Positions 30,868 to 41,405 of a stretch of DNA of 64,000 bases are shown here, one piece after another. Position 1 is the stretch's first letter. Each line of letters starts with the position of its first letter. The notes under the pieces were generated by a model that was not told the origin of the DNA, did no database searches, and was given only the letters and a program-made list of their open reading frames with translations. Source of the stretch: an uncultured Planctomycetota bacterium (lineage in GTDB: Bacteria > Planctomycetota > Planctomycetia > Isosphaerales > Isosphaeraceae); the NCBI GenBank assembly GCA_963737655.1, contig CAVTTN010000002.1, positions 1,888,001 through 1,952,000 on the forward strand. The letters are read 5' to 3'. Made by a program: the position numbers and the translations under genes.

Positions 30868-31794
30868 ATGGCGATCAGTTTCGCGAACCTCCAGAAGTTC
30901 CTCATGAAGGGGCTCATGCCCACGCTCCAGGCCCTCCCGCCGAGGGCCGCGATCCGGCTCGTCGCCGAGGTCGGCCGCCGGGAATTCGACCTGAACCTCC
31001 ACCGCCGCTGGACCTACTCGGCCGCCGTGAAGCGAGGCGCCGCCCACTTCGGCGCCGACTGGAAGGCCGACCGAGTCGCCCGAGAGCTCGCCGCCAACCA
31101 GCTCCGCTGGAGGGCCCGAGACGTCCTGATCGAACGCCTCGGAGACGACGAGGTCGGCCGGTTCCTCCGCGTCTCCGGCTCCGAGCATTTCGAAGCCGCG
31201 TTCGCCCGGAAGAAGGGCGTGATCCTCCTGTTCAACCACTTCGGCGCCTTCCTGATGCCGGCCCACTGGATCGTCCGGCACGGTTACCCCCTGCGATGGT
31301 TCACCGAGAGGCCCCGGCACGTCTCGAACCTCCTCTCGCGAGACTTCGGCGACGACGGCCCCCTGGGCCAGCGCCGCCTGTTCATCTCGCGGAGACTCTC
31401 CCCGAAGGAAGGCTCCACGGCCGTCCGCCGGGCGGTCCGGGTGATCGAGGCGGGGATGGTCGTCCAGCTCGCCGGAGACGTCCGCTGGGGAGGTGCGAGG
31501 ACCGCCCCCGGGACGTTCCTCGGCCGGAATTACCAGTTCACGACGACCTGGGTCACGCTCGCCGCGATGACCGGGGCGCCGGTCGTCCCGGCCTTCTGCG
31601 TGATGACCCGGGACGGCAAGTACGACCTCGAATTCCTCCCCGAGCTCGACGTTCCCAGGACCGCCACCCGGCCCGACGAGGCCGCCCCGTTCGTCCAGAA
31701 GAACCTCGACGAGATCGAGACGCGGGTGAAACTCCACCCCGAGAACAGCCTCGACTACTTCTTCTGGACCGACACCGACCGCTGGGCGGCGTAA
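30868..31794 (+). CDS. Lipid A late acyltransferase-like protein 2 (paralog)
   Basis: KKGVILLFNHFG, QLAGD, TGAPVVPAF, HPENSLDYFFW. Confidence 0.82.
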   Translation: MAISFANLQKFLMKGLMPTLQALPPRAAIRLVAEVGRREFDLNLHRRWTYSAAVKRGAAHFGADWKADRVARELAANQLRWRARDVLIERLGDDEVGRFLRVSGSEHFEAAFARKKGVILLFNHFGAFLMPAHWIVRHGYPLRWFTERPRHVSNLLSRDFGDDGPLGQRRLFISRRLSPKEGSTAVRRAVRVIEAGMVVQLAGDVRWGGARTAPGTFLGRNYQFTTTWVTLAAMTGAPVVPAFCVMTRDGKYDLEFLPELDVPRTATRPDEAAPFVQKNLDEIETRVKLHPENSLDYFFWTDTDRWAA

Positions 31795-31855
31795 GGTGCA
31801 TGAAATGCACCATCTTCCTGATTGAACACAAGATGGTGCATTTCATGCACCCTAC
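31791..31855. repeat. GTAG-type REP doublet, copy 3
   Basis: GTAAGGTGCATGAAATGCACCATCTT...AAGATGGTGCATTTCATGCACCCTAC. Confidence 0.9.
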
Positions 31856-31953
31856 GTGGGTCGTGACCAATCCCCGGACTGGCCTTGCCCGCTCCGCCCA
31901 TCCGGGGTAAACCACGCCCCCCGGCGGTCGGCCGAGGGAGGGAGGCCGAAGGG

Positions 31954-33314
31954 ATGTCGGATCGGGTCGTTTCGTCGGGTCGTCGCGTCCTGAACCTCTG
32001 GCCGTGGGCGGTCTTGCTGCTCTCGACGGTCCCGGCGTTCGCCCATTTCGTGACGTTCGAGCACGACCTCGACGGCGAGTACCCGAAGGTCCTCCGGCCG
32101 ACGTTCAACGCCCATCCTCCGGCCGCGTATCGCCTGGCCGAGCCGGGGGATACGATCGACCGGATCGGCCTGTATGCCTCGGCGGCGGTGGTCGCGGTCG
32201 CCGGGTTCGGCTGGATCGCGTCGCGACGGGCGAGGCTCTGGCCGGCGGCGATGGCGCTGGGCCTGGCCGCCGGATGGTTCGCCGCGACGCCGGGGCCTTG
32301 CTACGACGGCTGGCACGGCCTGGGATGGCGCGCGATCGGCGACGGGTCGGCCCCTCTGGCGCTTCGGGCCACGCTCGTCGGTGCGGCCCTGGGGCTGCTC
32401 GGCGTGGTCGTCGGGTCGATGGTTCGGCTCTGGCCCGAGCGGCCGGAGCTGCTCCGGATCGGTCGGCGACGGCGGGCCGTCGGCCTCTTGGTCGCGGCGG
32501 TCGTCCTGGTGACCCTTCGAAGCTTCGACATCCCGGGGACGGACCTCACCGGCTACTGGCCCCGATGGTCGTTCGCCTGGGGGATCATGGCGTTCGGGTT
32601 CGCGTTGCTCCATCTCTTGCCGGGTCTTCGCCGAGGGGCCCTCTGGCTCGGCCTGGGCGCCGCGACGGCCTGCGGCCTGATGATTTTCGGCGGGATTCGG
32701 ATGTTCTGGCTCCATCGCCCTCTGGAGAGGCTCCGCGCGGTCGTCCCGGGGAAGATTTACATCAGCGCCATGCCGTCGTACCGGGGGCTGGCGATCGAGC
32801 AGGAGCGCCTGCATTTCAAGACGATCGTGAACCTCTTCCCCGAGGAGACCGCCCAGCGCAGCCCCAGGCTCCCGGAGGAGATGCGGTTCGTCCGCGAGAG
32901 GGGCCTGAAGTACGTCGGCAGCCCCGGGACGGCCCTGGAATCCGACACCTTCCTCGATGAGACCCTGGCCATCGCCCGGGACCCCTCGGCCTGGCCGATC
33001 CTGGTCCACTGCCACGGATGCATGGACCGTTCCCCGGCGTGGATGGGGATCTATCGGTTCCTGGACCAGGGCGTGCCTCTGGACCAGGCCCTGAAGGAGA
33101 TCGAGCGGCACCGAGGCTGCCGGCCGAAGGCGTCGGTCACGCTTCTGTACAATCGCGTCCTGCCCCCCGCGCCCCGGAACGTTACGAATCCGACCCGACG
33201 GCGCGGATCTTGAAGGACTGTGCAAAGGGGACCGAGGACCCCTATGATGCCACCATCCGAAGGCGCCTCGCCGGCCCGAACCCGAAGCCGGCCGGAGGTG
33301 TCCCCAGGCGGTAA
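31954..33314 (+). CDS. Membrane protein with C-terminal Cys-based (PTP/DSP-type) phosphatase domain; probable frameshift near 33165
   Basis: Multiple TM helices, then ILVHCHGCMDRS (CX5R); better C-terminus (PRAPERYESD...) in the -1 frame after a C-run. Confidence 0.78.
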
Positions 33315-33341
33315 GCCTTTCGGGGATCGATCCCCCCGACC

Positions 33342-33369
33342 TTGACAGTCCTCGTCCGATCGCTAGAGT
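33342..33369 (+). promoter_or_regulatory. Putative sigma70 promoter
   Basis: TTGACA-N16-TAGAGT upstream of the aminotransferase. Confidence 0.55.
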
Positions 33370-33407
33370 TCACCCTCGCCCCGACCCCAGACCCTCGGCG
33401 GACGCTC

Positions 33408-34727
33408 ATGCCCCCTTCGATCCCCCTCAGCTCGGCCTCGCTTCGGACCGGCGATTCCCCGATCAGCGACCTGATGGCCCGGGCCCTGGCCTCGCCCGAC
33501 ATCGTCTCGCTGGCCGCCGGGTTCGTCGACCATGCGACCTTGCCGAGCGAGGCCGTCGCCGAATCGGTGGCCGCGATGCTCGCCGACCCGGTCGAAGGGA
33601 AGAGGGCCCTGCAATACGGGACGACCCGGGGCGATCTGCGCCTCCGCCGCCGCCTGATCGCCCACCTCGAACGCGAGGAAAACGTCGGCGAGGGGACCTT
33701 CGAGTCCGCCATCGACCGCACGATCGTGACCGGAGGCTCCCAGCAGCTCCTCTACCTCGTCGCCGAGGCCCTGCTCGACCCCGGCGACATCGTTTTGGTC
33801 GAGGCGCCGACGTATTTCGTCTTCATGGGCCTCCTCGAATCGATGGGGGCGACGGTCCTCGGCATCCCGACCGACTCCGGGGGGATGCGGATCGACGCGT
33901 TGGAATCCACGCTCGCCGGGCTGGAGGCCGACGGCAAGCTCGACCGCGTGAAGCTGATCTACACCATCAGCGAGCACAGCAACCCGACCGGCCTGAGCCT
34001 CGCCGCCGACCGCCGGAAGGCCCTGGTGGCCACGGCCGAGCGGTTCTCGAAGCGCCAGCGGATCTTCATCCTCGAGGACGCCGCCTATCGGGGGCTCACG
34101 TTCGAAGGGGCCGAGTCGCCGAGCGTCTGGAGCCACGACCGCGACGGTCAGGCCGTGATCCTGGCCCGGACCTTCAGCAAGACGTTCAGCCCGGGGCTCA
34201 AGACCGGCTGGGGCGTCTTGCCCGAATCGCTCGTCTCGCCGATCCTGAACCTCAAGAGCAACCACGACTTCGGCTCGAATCACTTCGCCCAGCAGCTCAT
34301 CGACCGCGCCATCGCCGAGGGCCATTACGACCGCCAGATCGCCCGCCTGGCCGAGACCTATCGGGGCAAACGCGACGCGATGCTCGACGCCCTGGACGAG
34401 CATTTCGGCCCCCTCGGGATCGACGTCTCCTGGACCCGGCCCCGGGGCGGGCTCTACGTCTGGCTGAGCCTGCCCGAGGAGATCGACACCGGGCGGGACT
34501 CGCCGTTCTTCGCGAGATGCCTGGAGGAAGGCGTCCTGTACGTCCCGGGCGAGTATGCCTTCCCCGACTCCCCCACGCCGGCCCTCCGCAACTGCGCCCG
34601 GCTGAGCTATGGGGTCGAGGGCGAGGGCCGGCTCCGCGAGGGCATCCGTCGGCTGGCCCGGGCCCTGCCTCGATCCGCCCACGGGGTCCAGCGTGCCTCG
34701 AACGTTCAGTTCTCGCCGGTCGGATGA
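33408..34727 (+). CDS. PLP-dependent aminotransferase, class I/II (LysN/MocR-like)
   Basis: ALQYG, SNPTG, LEDAAY, TFSKTFSPGLKTGW. Confidence 0.92.
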   Translation: MPPSIPLSSASLRTGDSPISDLMARALASPDIVSLAAGFVDHATLPSEAVAESVAAMLADPVEGKRALQYGTTRGDLRLRRRLIAHLEREENVGEGTFESAIDRTIVTGGSQQLLYLVAEALLDPGDIVLVEAPTYFVFMGLLESMGATVLGIPTDSGGMRIDALESTLAGLEADGKLDRVKLIYTISEHSNPTGLSLAADRRKALVATAERFSKRQRIFILEDAAYRGLTFEGAESPSVWSHDRDGQAVILARTFSKTFSPGLKTGWGVLPESLVSPILNLKSNHDFGSNHFAQQLIDRAIAEGHYDRQIARLAETYRGKRDAMLDALDEHFGPLGIDVSWTRPRGGLYVWLSLPEEIDTGRDSPFFARCLEEGVLYVPGEYAFPDSPTPALRNCARLSYGVEGEGRLREGIRRLARALPRSAHGVQRASNVQFSPVG

Positions 34728-34845
34728 CTGCCGGCCTACCCCAGGGCCGATAAACGAGAAAGACGGCCCGGTGCGATCGCCGCGGCCCGACGCCGAAGAC
34801 CGACCGCGTTCCGCTCCACCCAGGCAAGGATGCCGGGAGGGACTT

Positions 34846-36054
34846 TTGCTCGGGATCTTGCATCGCTACGTGATCGATCAGGTCTTGCGCTCGTTTTTTC
34901 TGGCGCTGTTGACCATCACGTCGATCTTCGTGCTCTTCATGGTGATGGCCGAGGCATCCCGCCAGGGCCTCGCGCCTCGGGACATCATCCGGATCGTCCC
35001 GTTCATCATCCCGAGCAGCCTGCCGTACACGATCCCGGTGGCCCTGCTGTTCTCGGCGTCGGTGGTCTACGGCCGGATGGCCGGCGACAACGAGATCGTG
35101 GCGGTCAAGGCCGCCGGCCTGAGCGCCACGACCATCCTGGTCCCGACCTGGGCCCTGGGCCTGGCCCTCAGCGGCGGCCTGTTCTACTTCAGCTCCGACG
35201 CCATCCCGCGATCCACCCATGCCTTCCGCAAGATCCTGTTCCAGGACGTGGAGGACATGTTCTACAAGATCCTGAAGAAAGAAGGCCAGTGCAACATCAA
35301 GCAATGGCCGTTCTACATCAGCGTGAAGGACGTCGAGGGCCAGACCCTGATCGACGCCACCTTCAAGCACCGCAAGAGCAAGGAGCAGCCCAACACCTTC
35401 GACCTCCAGGTCTTCGCCAAGAGGGCCTGGGTCCACTTCCTCCCGGCCGAGGGGGTCGCCCGCGTCGAGCTGGAAGACTCCGAGACCAACGGCGGCGAGA
35501 GCCGGCCGTTCCTCGTCTGGGTCAACGGCAAGAACATGCTCGAATATCCCCTGCCGAAGGACGGCAGCTACAAGCTGGAGAAGCGCATCCAGGAGCTCAC
35601 CAACTCCGAGATGACCGCCCAGCAAGCCGAGCTCCTGGAGAAGATCCGCACCGAGAGGCAGCTCCAGGCCGTCTCGGCGGCCCTCTGGATCGGCTCGGGA
35701 CGGATGAACCGGGTGGACTGGCCCGGCGTGGGCGAGGCCTTCCGCGAGTTCCGCTACTGGAAGAGGAAGAACGCCGAGCTCGAGACCGAGAAGTACCTCC
35801 GCGTCTCGCTCGCCGCCGGCAGCCTGTTCTTCGTCCTCCTGGGCGCTCCGGTGGGCATCCTGTTCGCCCGGAGGGACTTCCTCAGCGCGTTCATCTCGTG
35901 CTTCTTGCCGATCATCGTCGTGTACTACCCGCTCACGCTCGGCGCCGTGAACGTGGCGAAGGAAGACATCTTCCATCCGTCGGTGGTCTTCGCCGGCAAC
36001 GGAGTCCTCGCCCTGGCGGCCGGGCCGGTCTGGCGAAGGGTGAAGCGGCATTGA
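34846..36054 (+). CDS. lptF: LptF/LptG family permease
   Basis: ILHRYV, YGRMAGDNEIVAVKAAGLS, LLGAPVG; TTG start after GGGAGG. Confidence 0.88.
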   Translation: MLGILHRYVIDQVLRSFFLALLTITSIFVLFMVMAEASRQGLAPRDIIRIVPFIIPSSLPYTIPVALLFSASVVYGRMAGDNEIVAVKAAGLSATTILVPTWALGLALSGGLFYFSSDAIPRSTHAFRKILFQDVEDMFYKILKKEGQCNIKQWPFYISVKDVEGQTLIDATFKHRKSKEQPNTFDLQVFAKRAWVHFLPAEGVARVELEDSETNGGESRPFLVWVNGKNMLEYPLPKDGSYKLEKRIQELTNSEMTAQQAELLEKIRTERQLQAVSAALWIGSGRMNRVDWPGVGEAFREFRYWKRKNAELETEKYLRVSLAAGSLFFVLLGAPVGILFARRDFLSAFISCFLPIIVVYYPLTLGAVNVAKEDIFHPSVVFAGNGVLALAAGPVWRRVKRH

Positions 36055-36141
36055 ACCAACCGGGGGGGGCCCGCCATTGCGGGTTCACCCGGAAACGTCC
36101 CGGCGACGGAATCGACCCATTCGAAGAGGGCGGAGACGGCG

Positions 36142-37296
36142 ATGAGGATCCTCGACCGCCAGCGATACTGGGCCTTCCTCAAGGCCTACCTGATCAGCTT
36201 CGTCTCGCTCGTGGGGCTGTACATCGTCATCGACGCCTTCACCAACCTCGACGAGTTCGTGAAGGTCTCCGACAGCACGGCCGAGCTCTTCGCCCACATG
36301 GGCCGGTACTACCTCGTCCGCCTGAGCTTCTTCTACGACCGCCTCTGCGGCGTGATCACCATGATGGCGGCGATCTTCACCGTCACGTGGATGCAGAAGA
36401 ACAACGAGCTCCTCGCCATGCTCGCCGCCGGGATCAGCACCCGGCGGGTGGTCATCCCCGTGATCGTCTCGGCCGCCCTGGTCAGCGTCGTGGCCGTCCT
36501 GAACCAGGAATTGATCCTCCCCAAGATCAGCGACGAGCTCCAGATGACGCCCGACGATGACGGCGTCCGCACCGTCCCGGCCGGCAGCCGGTGGGACGTC
36601 AACGACATCCAGATCCAGGCCACCGGCGGGGACCGAGGCGAGCGCGCCGTGTATGATTTCAACGCGCTCTTGCCCGTGACGAAATTCGGCGCGATGATGT
36701 CTCTGGAATGCAAGAAGGCCCGATACGTCCCCGAGGACGCCCCGAGGGCGCCGCTCCGCGGGGGCTGGCTCCTCTGGGGCGGCAAGCTCTCCCCGGCCGA
36801 CGCGAAGCCCGACGGCAAGCTCCTGATCCTCGTCCCGCCCGAGCAGGTCGCCCAGTTCCCCAAATATCGCGGCGGGACGCCCCCGCCCGGCGACGTCTAT
36901 TTCCTCCGGTCCAGCGTCACGTTCACGAACCTGACGAGGAAGGCGGACTGGTACCAGTTCGCCACCACGCCCGACCTCGTCCGCGCCCTGGGCGACCCGG
37001 CGAGCCCGACCGAGGCCGTCCAGGTCGGCGTCTTCCTCCACGGCCGGGTGGTCCGCCCTCTCACGGCGATGGTCTTGCTGGTCCTCAGCCTCCCCCTGGT
37101 CCTCGGCGGCGAGGGCCGGAACATGTTCATCAACCTCGGGATGTCCCTGGGCACCTCGGCCCTCTTCTACGGGACCACGTTCCTCGTCCAGTACCTCGGC
37201 AACAACAAGGTCATCACCCCCGAGCTCGCCGCCTGGGTGCCCATCATCGGATTCGGGACGTTCGCCGTGGCCCGATGGGACCGGATTCGGACGTGA
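36142..37296 (+). CDS. lptG: LptF/LptG family permease
   Basis: MRILDR, NELLAMLAAGIS, PELAAWVP. Confidence 0.88.
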   Translation: MRILDRQRYWAFLKAYLISFVSLVGLYIVIDAFTNLDEFVKVSDSTAELFAHMGRYYLVRLSFFYDRLCGVITMMAAIFTVTWMQKNNELLAMLAAGISTRRVVIPVIVSAALVSVVAVLNQELILPKISDELQMTPDDDGVRTVPAGSRWDVNDIQIQATGGDRGERAVYDFNALLPVTKFGAMMSLECKKARYVPEDAPRAPLRGGWLLWGGKLSPADAKPDGKLLILVPPEQVAQFPKYRGGTPPPGDVYFLRSSVTFTNLTRKADWYQFATTPDLVRALGDPASPTEAVQVGVFLHGRVVRPLTAMVLLVLSLPLVLGGEGRNMFINLGMSLGTSALFYGTTFLVQYLGNNKVITPELAAWVPIIGFGTFAVARWDRIRT

Positions 37297-37329
37297 AGCC
37301 CGGCCCCGCGATGTTCCTCGGCGAGCGGT

Positions 37330-38694
37330 TCAATCGGTCGGCTTCGCCGCCCGGAACGTCGCCGGGGTCATCGAGCGGACCGCGGAGATGATGAGGTCTT
37401 CCACGCCCGGCTTCAGCCGGGACGGCCGGCCGTAGTAGAACATCGCGCCCGTCGCCTCGTAGCCGCCTTCGTTCAAGATGCGCTCCGACGCGATGTAGCA
37501 GGGGACGTCATTGGCGTAGGAAATGACCATCAATCGCGACGGGTCGAGCTCGGTCTTGAGCCTCAAGGCATAATCGACCACCACCTCGCCGCCGAGGAAC
37601 ACCAGGCAGAGCCGATCGCCGAAGGCCCAGGTCTGGATGGGGTAGGGCAGGGCGTCGGGGAGCGTCTCGCCCCGGTCGAGCCGGTCGAGCATCGTCCTGG
37701 CGTTGTAGGCCGCGGCGCCGTCCTTGCCTTTGATGAGCGCTTGGAGCTCGTCGCGGGTCGGGACGTGGTCGAAGGGGAGCGAGATCCGTTCGAACCGGCC
37801 GGTGGGCGGGCCGTCCAGGGGTTTCAGAGGATCGCGGAGGAGCCGCTCGACCTCGTCGGCCAGGCTCTTGCCGTGCTTCTGGGCCACGGCCAACCCGGTC
37901 CGGCCCCTGGGGTTGGCGTCGGCCCCGCAGCCGATCACCGTGAGGGCCACGGCGCCGGGGTGGGCGGCCTCGATGGCGTCCTGGGCGAAGCCGGCCCAGT
38001 CGGCGCAGATCGCGTTGTCCTTGGGGTCGAGCGTCGTGCAGTGGCAGGCATAGTCGACGATCACCGCCCGGAGGTTGCCCCGAGCGTCCACGGCCCGGAC
38101 GATCGGCAAGGAATGGTCCACCGGGCCGTCGGGGACCTCGCCGAACCCCGTCCACTTGCCGTCCTTGAGCACTCGTCGGTTGATCGCGAATCCCACCGAA
38201 CCCTGACCCCAGGCCAGGGTCGCCGGCTTGCGGTCGGCCAGGGCCTCCAGGACGACCTTCACCAACGAATCGGCCAGCTCGCGGGTATATCGCTCGATGT
38301 GCGCCTGCTGATCGGGCGGCAGGGGCTTCCCGAAAATGTTCGCCGCCGCGCCGAGGAGCACGGGCGCCGAATGCGTGTGGGTCGAGCAGACGGCGAACCT
38401 CTCCCGGGTGACTTCGGGCGCCTCGGCCCTCACCCGGGCCAGGACGTCCGAGACCACCGCATCGGGCACGCCGAGGTTATCGACCGAGACGATCACCGCC
38501 GGGCCGATCGCCACGGCCTTGGCCCAGAGGCGGGTCTCAATCTTCGTCGCCTCCTGCGACCTTGAGGAATAGCCGTGGAGCCGGATCGGGAAGCCCGGGG
38601 TGATGTCAATCTTCGCCGTGCCAACCTCGGCGGCTTCCACGATCAGGGGGAAAAATCCCAAAGCGAAGACGAGGCATCGGATCGGCATCTTCAT
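37330..38694 (-). CDS. Neutral/alkaline ceramidase N-terminal domain family protein (secreted)
   Basis: IDITP, STHTHSAP, YACHCT, GCGADANP, GGEVVVDY, EGGYE. Confidence 0.85.
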   Translation of the reverse strand: MKMPIRCLVFALGFFPLIVEAAEVGTAKIDITPGFPIRLHGYSSRSQEATKIETRLWAKAVAIGPAVIVSVDNLGVPDAVVSDVLARVRAEAPEVTRERFAVCSTHTHSAPVLLGAAANIFGKPLPPDQQAHIERYTRELADSLVKVVLEALADRKPATLAWGQGSVGFAINRRVLKDGKWTGFGEVPDGPVDHSLPIVRAVDARGNLRAVIVDYACHCTTLDPKDNAICADWAGFAQDAIEAAHPGAVALTVIGCGADANPRGRTGLAVAQKHGKSLADEVERLLRDPLKPLDGPPTGRFERISLPFDHVPTRDELQALIKGKDGAAAYNARTMLDRLDRGETLPDALPYPIQTWAFGDRLCLVFLGGEVVVDYALRLKTELDPSRLMVISYANDVPCYIASERILNEGGYEATGAMFYYGRPSRLKPGVEDLIISAVRSMTPATFRAAKPTD

Positions 38695-38704
38695 GGTTCG
38701 TGCC

Positions 38705-40015
38705 TCAAGGGGATTCGTCGATCCTGGGTTGGATTCGCCCCCGGTCCCAGGCGAAAAACATCGCCACGCCCAGGGCCATCGAGCCGAGTCCGTAGGCCAC
38801 GACGATCGGCCTCGACGCCCCGAAGACCGCGAGCCAGCCGACCAGGGCCACCAGCGCCGGCAGGGGATACAGGGGCATCAGGAACGGCATCCGGGCCTTC
38901 GTCCGGCGGAGGTAGGCGACCGTGACGATCTGCCCGACGAACTGGATCAAGATCCGAGAGGTCAGCAGGGCCATGATGACCGTCTCCAGGTCGGCCAGGC
39001 AGGCCAGGGCCGACAATCCGCCGACCAGCAAGAGCGACCGATGGGGGAAGTCGCCCGAGGGATGTACGGCCGCCAGCCCCCGGAAGAAATGCCCGGCCTT
39101 CGCCGCCGCATAGGGCACCCGGCTGTAACCCAGGAGCGCCGCGAACGTGCCGGCCAGGGCCGTCCAGAGGATGAACACCCGGACCACTCCCGCCGCCCCC
39201 GGGCCGTGGACCCTCCTCGCGAAATCCGTCGCGATCGACTGTGAATCGGCCACGCCCGACGGCCCCAGGACGCCCAGGAGCGCGAGGTTCATCAGCAGAT
39301 ACGCCGCGCCGATGACGCCCACGGAGATCAAAATCGACCTCGGGACGGTCCTCGCCGGGTCCTCGACCTCGTCCCCCAGGTAGCAGACCTGGTAATACCC
39401 GAGATAGCAGTACATCGCCAGGGCCAGCCCCTGGCCGATCTTCGGAAGCCTCGGCCTGGTCGCGAGATCGGGCCACGTCGCGGCCAGGTTGTGGGGATCG
39501 GACCGGATCAGGCCGACGACGATGATCCCGAGGACCGTCAGGACCATCCCCGCGCAAAGGGCAACCATCAATCGACCCGCGACCCCGATCCGTCGATACG
39601 CCAGGACCACCAGCGAGATCATCGCGCCGGCCGCGAGCAGCGAGGTCGGCACTCCCGGCGCGAACGCCCCGGCGTACTGCGCGAACCCGACCGCCCCGCT
39701 GGCGACTTCCAGAGGGGCGCTGAACAGGAATTGCCAGACGAACAGGAACTTCAACAGCCGCCCGAGGCCCGAGGCGCCGTAAACCGCGTCGTAGAAATGG
39801 TACGTCCCGCCCGATCCGGGGAACGCGGCGGCCAGCTCGCTCCAGACGAGGCCGTCGGCGATCGCCACGAGTGCCCCGAGGGCCCAGATCGCCAGGGCCC
39901 ACCCGCCGCCCACCGAGCGGACAATCCCCGGGATCGTCAGGAACGGCCCCACCCCCACCATCATCGCCATGTTCAGGCTGACCGCCTGGAGGAGCGAGAG
40001 ACGGCGGCCGGTCAT
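38705..40015 (-). CDS. APC family amino acid permease
   Basis: MVGVGPF, WSELAAAFPGSGGTY, YSRVPYAAA; about 12 TM helices. Confidence 0.9.
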   Translation of the reverse strand: MTGRRLSLLQAVSLNMAMMVGVGPFLTIPGIVRSVGGGWALAIWALGALVAIADGLVWSELAAAFPGSGGTYHFYDAVYGASGLGRLLKFLFVWQFLFSAPLEVASGAVGFAQYAGAFAPGVPTSLLAAGAMISLVVLAYRRIGVAGRLMVALCAGMVLTVLGIIVVGLIRSDPHNLAATWPDLATRPRLPKIGQGLALAMYCYLGYYQVCYLGDEVEDPARTVPRSILISVGVIGAAYLLMNLALLGVLGPSGVADSQSIATDFARRVHGPGAAGVVRVFILWTALAGTFAALLGYSRVPYAAAKAGHFFRGLAAVHPSGDFPHRSLLLVGGLSALACLADLETVIMALLTSRILIQFVGQIVTVAYLRRTKARMPFLMPLYPLPALVALVGWLAVFGASRPIVVAYGLGSMALGVAMFFAWDRGRIQPRIDESP

Positions 40016-40407
40016 GGAGGGAATTCCGACAAAGGACGTCCGCCGCCGGCCCGAAACCCGGGGCCTTCGGCGATCGGGACGCGCCAGTTTAGCCGGATTC
40101 TCACCAATTGCACGGCCCGGCCGCCCCTTCCGGCTCAATCGGCACGGCCGTTGCGATCGAGGGGCCGCGTTCCCGGGAAACCGTGCCTTCGCGGGTCGGT
40201 CCGATCTTGTGGGCCATGCGGGTTTTGAGGGCATCGACGGGAATTCGACCGCGAATTCCTGACCCCCGCCACTCGCCAAACCGGGGGACGTCGTACAGAA
40301 TTCTGGTGAGACGTGCGAATGGGACCGTGCCTTTCGCCGGGGGAATCCTCGCGCCTGGGCCGGTCCCGCCTTGTCCGTCGACACCTGGGATCGGTGGGAT
40401 TTCGGCG

Positions 40408-41368
40408 ATGAACACCTTTCGTTTGGCGTTGGTCGTGGCGTTGGGAACGTTCGGGGGATTCACCTCGGAGGCGAGGGCGGGAGGCCCCGGCGGTATCGGG
40501 GTGATCGGCGACAGCTACTCCGACGAGTACCAGTTCTACTCGCCCCATCGGGCCTCGGCCCGGAACTGGGTCGAGATCCTGGCCGAGAGGCGGGGGCTGG
40601 ACTTCGGCCCGTTCTCCTCGGAGACGCGAGGCGAGCCGAGGAACGCCGGGTTCGCCTACAACTGGGCCCGGTCCGCCGCCACGTCGGCCGACGCCATCGC
40701 CTCCGGCCAGCATCTCGGCCTGGCCGAGCAGGCGAGGCGGGGCGAGGTCCGGTTCGCGATCGTCTTCCTCGGCGGCAACGACTTCATCGAGGCCTTCCTC
40801 GGCCCGAATCCCGAGTCCGCGACGATCGGCCTGGCCGATCGCGCCGCGACGAACCTCGGAACGGTCGTGGAGACGCTCCTCTCGGCGAGCACGGAGCTGA
40901 AGATCCTGGTGGCCACCGTGCCCGACGTCCGCGACCTGCCCGAGCTCCGGGGCCCGATCCGCGAAGCCCGGATCGACCGCGCCTCGGCCGACCGGATCGC
41001 GGCCGAGATCGCCGCGTTCAACACCAGGGTCCGCTCCCTGGCCGGTCGAGACGGCCGGGTCGCCATCTTCGACTTCGCCCGGATCTCCCAGATCTCGGCC
41101 AGGCTCGCGCCGGATTTCATCCCGGTCGCCGGCCGCAAGGTCCGCCGATGGACGCCCGGGGACGACCTCGACAGCCTGTTCCTCGCCGACAACCGCCACC
41201 TCGGCCTGATCGGCCAGGGGATGCTCGCCCGGATGATCGTCGAGTCCCTCAACCGCAAGCTCGACGCCGGAATCCCCCCCCCTGGACGATCGCGAAATCC
41301 TCGCCATCGCCGAATCGCTGGCGGCGAGGAAGGCGGCCGGCTCATCGCTGGTCGAAGCCGGGCGGTAG
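40408..41368 (+). CDS. Secreted SGNH/GDSL hydrolase (frameshift in the C-run near 41275)
   Basis: IGDSYSDEY, FLGGNDF, FLADNRH; the corrected frame ends PLDDREILAIAES...GR* at 41368. Confidence 0.8.
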
Positions 41369-41405
41369 GACGCCTCGTCGTCGGCCCCGAGAGGGAGGGT
41401 GGCTC

